Assembly: GCA_964646615.1 (NCBI GenBank)
Contig: CAZYEV010000006.1
Location: 951 to 64,950 of the forward strand
Reading direction: 5' to 3'
DNA: 64,000 nucleotides
Origin: an uncultured Saprospiraceae bacterium
GTDB taxonomy: Bacteria > Bacteroidota > Bacteroidia > Chitinophagales > Saprospiraceae
The notes beneath the pieces were generated by a model. It was not told where the DNA came from, ran no database searches, and saw only the letters and a program-made list of their open reading frames with translations. The translations under genes and the position numbers were made by a program. Each line of letters opens with the position of its first letter. Position 1 is the first letter of the stretch. Positions 59,801-64,000 of this stretch are shown here, one piece after another.

Positions 59801-59940
59801 GGGTTTTGGGCATGGCGTTCATCGGCATAGCGCGCGGCAGCGCTCTCAATATTGCTGGTGGGGATGATGAGCAAGTACTGATACAGGCAAACAACCGTCA
59901 GCGCGATAAGGAAGAAACGTACGACACCTTTAATCTGCAT
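56869..59940 (-). CDS. secDF: Protein translocase subunit SecDF (fused)
   Basis: About 1020 aa. The SecD periplasmic domain and 6 TM are followed by the SecF domain and 6 TM (LGLDLKGGMSVLLQV, GPSLGADNI, GVDFKGG, TLSRTL). ATG verified at 59940. Confidence 0.93.
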   Translation of the reverse strand: MQIKGVVRFFLIALTVVCLYQYLLIIPTSNIESAAARYADERHAQNPAVSWQTHYSAYLDSLSSETVFSIPLIKKFTYADLKKSQLALGLDLKGGMSVLLQVDLKDFVRNLAGNSTDPAFLEALEKAANQQKTQQTDFITLFANAWKEVGGGKSLASIFARNETLRGQINFESPDAEVVRVVRQLANTTVDETYKRLKQRIDKLGVVQPNVSLDAARDLILVELPGIDNPQRARNMLQKSAKLEFWDTYRFGDENIPQALENADNRLKALLAGDTSLLVTVKDTIYTYPTGPDGKPDSSATPEMKVVDKPATPQGDGPLFRLLTRANDPRSVVIGYADKNKMKAITEMLERPDIKALFPVDLMFRWSLKPVPERDGNTSVAGKYELYALKKWRNQDKPRLDGSVVTRASEQPDPNTGEVTVSLAMNNEGARIWAEMTRQAYEGGNREIAIVLDDEVVSAPRVINPIEGGNSSITGGFTLDEAKDLANILEVGKLPAGTRIVQESQVGPSLGADNIRKSLIAMILSVVLLCVFMIAYYARGGVVAVIALLANLFFIIGTLASMGTVLTLPGIAGIVLTLATAVDANVIIYERIREEIRGGMEGIKAIATGFSRALPAIIDANVTTLLTAFVLIYFGLGPIKGFGTVLMVGIFSTMFTAVLVSRLMTEWWLDRGKEMTYSYPWSEKWLVDVNVDWISKRKYAYIFSSAIIIIGIASFFLRGFELGVDFKGGYSFNVKFDQPVSLEKLRPALSQALGGNPIVKAISTENTYNITTSYLIDDTSPDVMDKVIAKLHEGITAAGFSTSLENFKSTSGSGTYILSSSQVSPTVADDIRDSSLSATIWALSLIFLYLLIRFRRWQFSLGAVLALFHDVLITLTFFTLLHGIVPFSLEIDQAIIACILTVIGYSVNDTVIVYDRIREFINTYIGRPKEEVFNMAINTTLSRTLITSGTTLAAALVLFLFGGDATKGFAFGMSVGILFGTYSSVFVASSLVVDLTRERVLTGKAVEQKPAATTRPAAKQVKA

Positions 59941-60025
59941 ACCGTATAGTTCAGGTGAAAAGAAATGAGCGGGTTCCAAAAAAGCGCGCAAATATAGGCA
60001 GTTGGCGCAACGTACGCCCAAAATG

Positions 60026-60063
60026 AAAAAACGCACGCTCCGCCACCGGTGCGGAGCGTGCGT
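60026..60063 (-). terminator. Rho-independent terminator of crtZ
   Basis: On the minus strand, acgcacgctccgc-(7 nt)-gcggagcgtgcgt forms a 13-bp stem followed by tttttt. Confidence 0.75.
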
Positions 60064-60087
60064 TTAAGCGCCCGTTCAGGTCAATGC

Positions 60088-60579
60088 TCAGGCTTTTTCG
60101 CCCTCTTGCTTAAGCGCGCTGCGTTTTTTGAAATACTTCATCGGCACGATGAGCAGCCCGAACGACTCGCAGCCGTCCTTAGTGGTTTTGGCGTGATGGG
60201 CGCCATGCGCCCGCAGGATGGCGCGCGAGTACCAGCCATCGAGCTGGCGAAACCACTTAAAGCGCTGGTGGATATACACATCGTGGATGAGGAAATACGT
60301 CAGGCCGTACAGCGAGATGCCAATGCCGATAAACAAGGCCCACGTGTGCTCCGTCAGCCCGCCAATGAGGTAAAAAATCATGCTCGGAATGGCAAAAACC
60401 AGAAAAAAGCGGTCGTTCTTTTCAAAGAAACCGTGCTTTTCGTGGCGCGGCTTGTGGTGGTCTTCGTGCCAGCTCCACAGCAGGCCGTGCATCAGGTATT
60501 TGTGCGTAAACCACGCCATGAATTCCATTCCTAAATAAGCGCCCAGCGTAATGAGCAAGTATAGCAGCCAGTCAGCCAT
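60088..60579 (-). CDS. crtZ: Beta-carotene hydroxylase (fatty-acid-hydroxylase superfamily)
   Basis: Histidine boxes HKYLMH, HEDHH, HDVYIH and HGAHH in a roughly 160-aa 4-TM protein. ATG verified at 60579. Confidence 0.8.
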   Translation of the reverse strand: MADWLLYLLITLGAYLGMEFMAWFTHKYLMHGLLWSWHEDHHKPRHEKHGFFEKNDRFFLVFAIPSMIFYLIGGLTEHTWALFIGIGISLYGLTYFLIHDVYIHQRFKWFRQLDGWYSRAILRAHGAHHAKTTKDGCESFGLLIVPMKYFKKRSALKQEGEKA

Positions 60580-60701
60580 AGTCCCTCTTTTTTTTTTGAT
60601 AAAAAATCCTTTGCCCGGCAAAACGCCGTTGCGCCCGCAAAGTTCGCCACAGCACTGCCAGATGCGTGTACTTTTGCCGGGCTTTTTAACGGCATTTCCT
60701 T

Positions 60702-61796
60702 ATGATACAAAAAAGCGCTGTCCTGCGCCTTTTCCGTTTTCTGCTCTACGTCGTCCTGATTGCCGGCGCACTGCTGGCCCTTTTTGGGCTTTTTGCCAAA
60801 AAAAGTTACCTCATCGAGCGCCAGATAACCATAGCGGCGCCCGCAGCACTGGTGTACGACCAGGTGCGCTATTTCCGCAATTTTCGCGTCTGGTCGCCCT
60901 GGGCCGGTATGAATGCCGACCTTCGCCTCGAAGGTGAGGACGGCGCCCCGGGCGCGGCCTACTCCTGGACGGGCGAGGGCGAAGTGGGCAGCGGCAGCAT
61001 GGTGCTCAAAGCCGTAGCACCTCAGCGCCTGGACTTCGAGGTGAGCACCGAAAAGCCCTACCGCAGCGCCTCGCCCACGTGGTTCACCTTCGAGGCCGAC
61101 AGCGGCCAGACCCTCGTTACCTGGGCCTTTCACATGCACATCAGCTTCCCCTGGAACGGCCTGGCGATGTTCACCGACGTCAACACCTATGTGGGCAAAG
61201 ACTTTGAGCGCGGGCTGGAAAACCTCAAACGTCATTGCGAAAGCATGATGCCCCGCCTTTACGCCGGTTACGAAGTGCGCGAAGAAGAACGGCAGGAGCA
61301 ATCCTACGCCGGCTTTCGGCGAGTCGTCCCCCTGGAACAGGCCGAAGTGTTCGTACGGGAGCACCTGGAAAAATTAGACCTCCTGACGCGCAAGCGACAA
61401 CTTGCGCCCACCGGCCCGATAGTCGCCCTCTTCTGGACAATAGACAGCCTCACGCGCCAGGCCGACATCGCCGTGGCGGCGCCCGTAGCCGCAGGGCAAA
61501 AGACGCCGCCCGCGCTACAAGTTTTTACGCTCGAAGGCGGCCAGTACTTTTGGATAGAACAACCGCGCCAGCCCGACCTCAACGCCGCCCAAAAGGCCCT
61601 GGCCCTATACCTGGATGAAAAAGGCTGGGTGCCCATTCCGCCCACCATAGCTGAATACCTGCAGCGCCCACCCGCCGTGCAGGACACAGCCCAATGGACA
61701 ACCCGCATCTACCTGCGCGCAGCCGCGCCACCGCCCGCACCACCCGACTCGCTGGACATCAACGGCAACGGCGCTGACGACGAGGGCGGGCAATAA
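60702..61796 (+). CDS. Membrane-anchored SRPBCC-fold protein with a C-terminal GyrI-like ligand-binding domain
   Basis: N-terminal TM, then an SRPBCC-like segment (IERQITIAAPAALVYDQVRYFRNFRVWSPW), then a GyrI-like half (YAGFRRVVPLEQ...YFWIEQ...). Assignment made by eye only. Confidence 0.45.
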   Translation: MIQKSAVLRLFRFLLYVVLIAGALLALFGLFAKKSYLIERQITIAAPAALVYDQVRYFRNFRVWSPWAGMNADLRLEGEDGAPGAAYSWTGEGEVGSGSMVLKAVAPQRLDFEVSTEKPYRSASPTWFTFEADSGQTLVTWAFHMHISFPWNGLAMFTDVNTYVGKDFERGLENLKRHCESMMPRLYAGYEVREEERQEQSYAGFRRVVPLEQAEVFVREHLEKLDLLTRKRQLAPTGPIVALFWTIDSLTRQADIAVAAPVAAGQKTPPALQVFTLEGGQYFWIEQPRQPDLNAAQKALALYLDEKGWVPIPPTIAEYLQRPPAVQDTAQWTTRIYLRAAAPPPAPPDSLDINGNGADDEGGQ

Positions 61797-61802
61797 ACGC
61801 GC

Positions 61803-63641
61803 CTATTGCCGCACTACCCACTGCACCTGACTACCCCATCGGCTGATGATGCGCGCCACATAAAGCCCTGCCGGCAGAGCCGAAAGGTCGAACGACATTT
61901 CGCCCGGCGTGCTCGTCCACAGCAAGCGACCCAGTGGATCGAACCACAGCACGCGCACCGCAGGGTCGGCCGGCCCATCCAGATGTAAGCGGTCGGATGC
62001 CGGGTTAGGGTAAAGCCTCCACACACCAGAGGCATCCTCCATTTCAGGGACCGAAATGGTGCTTTTGCACGGAACAAAGCCCACGATTTGATCCCACAGG
62101 TTGCTCTCGGTCGTGCGCACGCCACATTGCGAGCCGTTGGGCGTCGCTTTCAACTCCAGGTAGCAATCGGCCGGGCTGGCATATTGCGGCCAGCCCACCA
62201 GCCCGGTACCGTTGGGGTCGCCCGTGCGGGCAAAGTTGGTCCAATAGCGCAACAGGTGTTGTTGTACACTGTCGTCGGCGGGCCGAAACAGCGGGCCACT
62301 GCCAAGCGTGGCATTTTCCCAGCTGTTGAACACGTAGAACAGCTCCATGCCGTGGTAGGCGCCAAAGGGCTGCAATACGGGCACTGTATGGCGGAACGTG
62401 AAGAAGTAGCGCCAGACAGGCTCCGTCTGGTTTTTGCTCACACAATCGGCTACACGACGAGCCGGTGCCGTGAACTGCAGGTCGCTGACTAAGGCCACGT
62501 AGGAAGCGCGCGCCTGCTCGTTGGTGGTGCCGGGCGGGTATGTCGCCAGCACTTGCGGCCGATACGCGGGCGGGATGCTGGCCTGCACAAACGCCTGAAA
62601 CATCTGCGGCGTAATGACCAGGGGCAGGTGAAGGCTCATCTCGTCGCTATTGGAGCCGATGAGGAGCGGCACGTGGTTGTGCTGGCCGTTTTGTATCGCC
62701 TCCAAAGGCGGCCGGACAAACCAGTGCTCATCCAGCACCGGCTGCCACGGCGCCTGGGTGATGCCGTTGCCGGAAATAGGGCTGGAGTCGCCGCTGACCA
62801 GCGAGTCGGGTGGCAGCGAACGCAGGTAGGCCATCTGTTGGGCAGCAGTGCCCGCAGCGCCGAGTTTTTGGGCAAAGGCGATGCCCTCCGTGCGCGCAGC
62901 GTTGTAACCTTTCAGGCGCGGCGACCCGCTCTGGAGGATGGCGCGGTGAAACAGCCCTTTGGCCGCCGGCATTACCAACAGGTTGCCCACGTTGACAGCG
63001 CCAGCGCTTTCGCCAAAAATCGTTACCCGCTCAGGGTCGCCGCCAAAGGCCTCGATGTTTTGCTGCACCCATTGCAGGGCAGCCAGATGATCCATAGCGC
63101 CGTAGTTGCCCGCCTTGCCCCAGGCGCTCTCGGCTTCCAGGCCAGGGTGTACTAAGTAGCCTAAAGCGCCCAGCCGATATTGAAGGGTAACGACCACCAC
63201 ACCGCCGCGCTTTGCCAGGTTTTTGCCGTCGTAAATGCGTGCGCCGCCGGTTATCTGACTCGTCGAGCCTTGCTGGTTGCCACCGCCATGAATGAACACC
63301 ATCACCGGCAGCCGCCCGCTCAGGTTGGGCGTCCACACGTTGAGGTAGAGGCAGTCCTCCTGACCGACAACCTTACCCACCGTGTCCCCAGGCGAAAACT
63401 CCTTCTGCGGGCATGCCGGCGGAAAGTTCTGTGCCAGCCGTACCCCCGACCAGCCCGCATGCGGCTGCGGCGGCGCCCAGCGCAACGGCCCCACCGGAGG
63501 GCTGGCGTAGGGAATGCCCAGAAAAGCCAAAACACCGTCCTGGCTCAGACCCTCAACGGCGCCGTAAATCGTGTTCACCACCTGTGCCCGGGTCAGCACA
63601 ACACTTCCCAGCAACAGAAAGAGCATCAGTAACTTCTTCAT
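61803..63641 (-). CDS. Type-B carboxylesterase/lipase with a T9SS C-terminal sorting domain
   Basis: Signal peptide, FLGIPYA, VMVFIHGGG and the nucleophile elbow FGESAGA. The C-terminal WRLYPNPASDRLHL...GLYVARII...VVRQ is a T9SS CTD. Confidence 0.85.
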   Translation of the reverse strand: MKKLLMLFLLLGSVVLTRAQVVNTIYGAVEGLSQDGVLAFLGIPYASPPVGPLRWAPPQPHAGWSGVRLAQNFPPACPQKEFSPGDTVGKVVGQEDCLYLNVWTPNLSGRLPVMVFIHGGGNQQGSTSQITGGARIYDGKNLAKRGGVVVVTLQYRLGALGYLVHPGLEAESAWGKAGNYGAMDHLAALQWVQQNIEAFGGDPERVTIFGESAGAVNVGNLLVMPAAKGLFHRAILQSGSPRLKGYNAARTEGIAFAQKLGAAGTAAQQMAYLRSLPPDSLVSGDSSPISGNGITQAPWQPVLDEHWFVRPPLEAIQNGQHNHVPLLIGSNSDEMSLHLPLVITPQMFQAFVQASIPPAYRPQVLATYPPGTTNEQARASYVALVSDLQFTAPARRVADCVSKNQTEPVWRYFFTFRHTVPVLQPFGAYHGMELFYVFNSWENATLGSGPLFRPADDSVQQHLLRYWTNFARTGDPNGTGLVGWPQYASPADCYLELKATPNGSQCGVRTTESNLWDQIVGFVPCKSTISVPEMEDASGVWRLYPNPASDRLHLDGPADPAVRVLWFDPLGRLLWTSTPGEMSFDLSALPAGLYVARIISRWGSQVQWVVRQ

Positions 63642-63947
63642 CGTGCGATGGTTTTGCCAAAAAAAGAAACTCCCCCCACCGCCCTATGCAGGCCGCAAGG
63701 CGAGGATACACGTAGGACGGTTTCGCAAGACAGCCGTTTAAAAACCTCAGCCAAAAATCAGGAGTAAGTCGTTTTATCGCCGGAGTAGTCGCATTTTTTG
63801 CGATCGCTGGAGTCTTATTTTCTAACCGCTGAGAACGCCGAGAAACGCTAAGGCAGGAACCCCGGCAGATCTCTGATTTCTCTGCGTTTTTTAATCTTTT
63901 GCCTTGCAATGGCCTTGCACAAGGTCAGTAAATAACGTTCAGCCCAT

Positions 63948-63982
63948 AAAAAAAGGCCGCCGGAGCCTTGCTCCAGCGGCCT
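63948..63982 (-). terminator. Rho-independent terminator of a minus-strand gene lying beyond the right edge of the window
   Basis: On the minus strand, aggccgctggag-caagg-ctccggcggcct is followed by ttttttt. Confidence 0.6.
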
Positions 63983-64000
63983 CTGATGTCCTTATGCCTG

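Noticed and set aside
60531-61364. 277-aa minus-strand ORF
   Set aside because: It is antisense to the SRPBCC/GyrI-like gene and overlaps the crtZ start. It has no motifs and is a high-GC shadow.

Overview
High-GC chromosomal segment of a Bacteroidota-type genome. The assignment rests on T9SS C-terminal sorting domains, gldB, batD, a TonB-dependent receptor with a carboxypeptidase-regulatory-like N-terminus, and TAnnTTTG -7 promoter boxes with no Shine-Dalgarno sequences. I support 47 protein-coding genes, one tRNA-Asp(GUC), several intrinsic terminators and three families of short dispersed intergenic repeats. Most of the window is housekeeping: purK, trmD, recA, dapA, accA, a DEAD-box helicase, gldB, nth, dapB, rnr, malQ, tadA, guaB, oxyR-katG, secDF and crtZ. 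The many long ORFs antisense to these genes are high-GC shadow ORFs, and several ORF-track N-termini are over-extended or start on TTG/GTG; I trimmed them to verified ATGs. I see no CRISPR-cas, prophage, integrase or known multi-gene defence system, and no compelling novel multi-gene system. The most unusual content is listed here. (1) A REP-like imperfect palindrome (GCCAAAC-TT/AA-GTTTGGC) occurs four times in the oxyR-katG control region and twice at a second locus, with a 26-nt exact match between the loci. (2) A repeat-dense 378-nt leader holds two 36-nt direct repeats at CRISPR-like spacing plus members of a GGTGTCG hairpin family that is also seen at two other loci. (3) A zincin-vWA (DUF2201-type) gene and a DUF58 vWA gene flank a 1347-aa OmpA-anchored SprB-repeat surface protein, with no MoxR ATPase nearby. 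(4) A small accessory-looking stretch carries a voltage-sensor K+ channel fused to a zinc ribbon, next to an Rpn-family PD-(D/E)xK nuclease with an in-frame 12-nt x5 tandem repeat. (5) An orphan AAA/DUF4143 ATPase sits downstream of katG. (6) Two sodium:solute symporters are each translationally coupled (ATGA overlap) to an uncharacterised small protein. All functional calls come from motif recognition by eye, and no database search was run.
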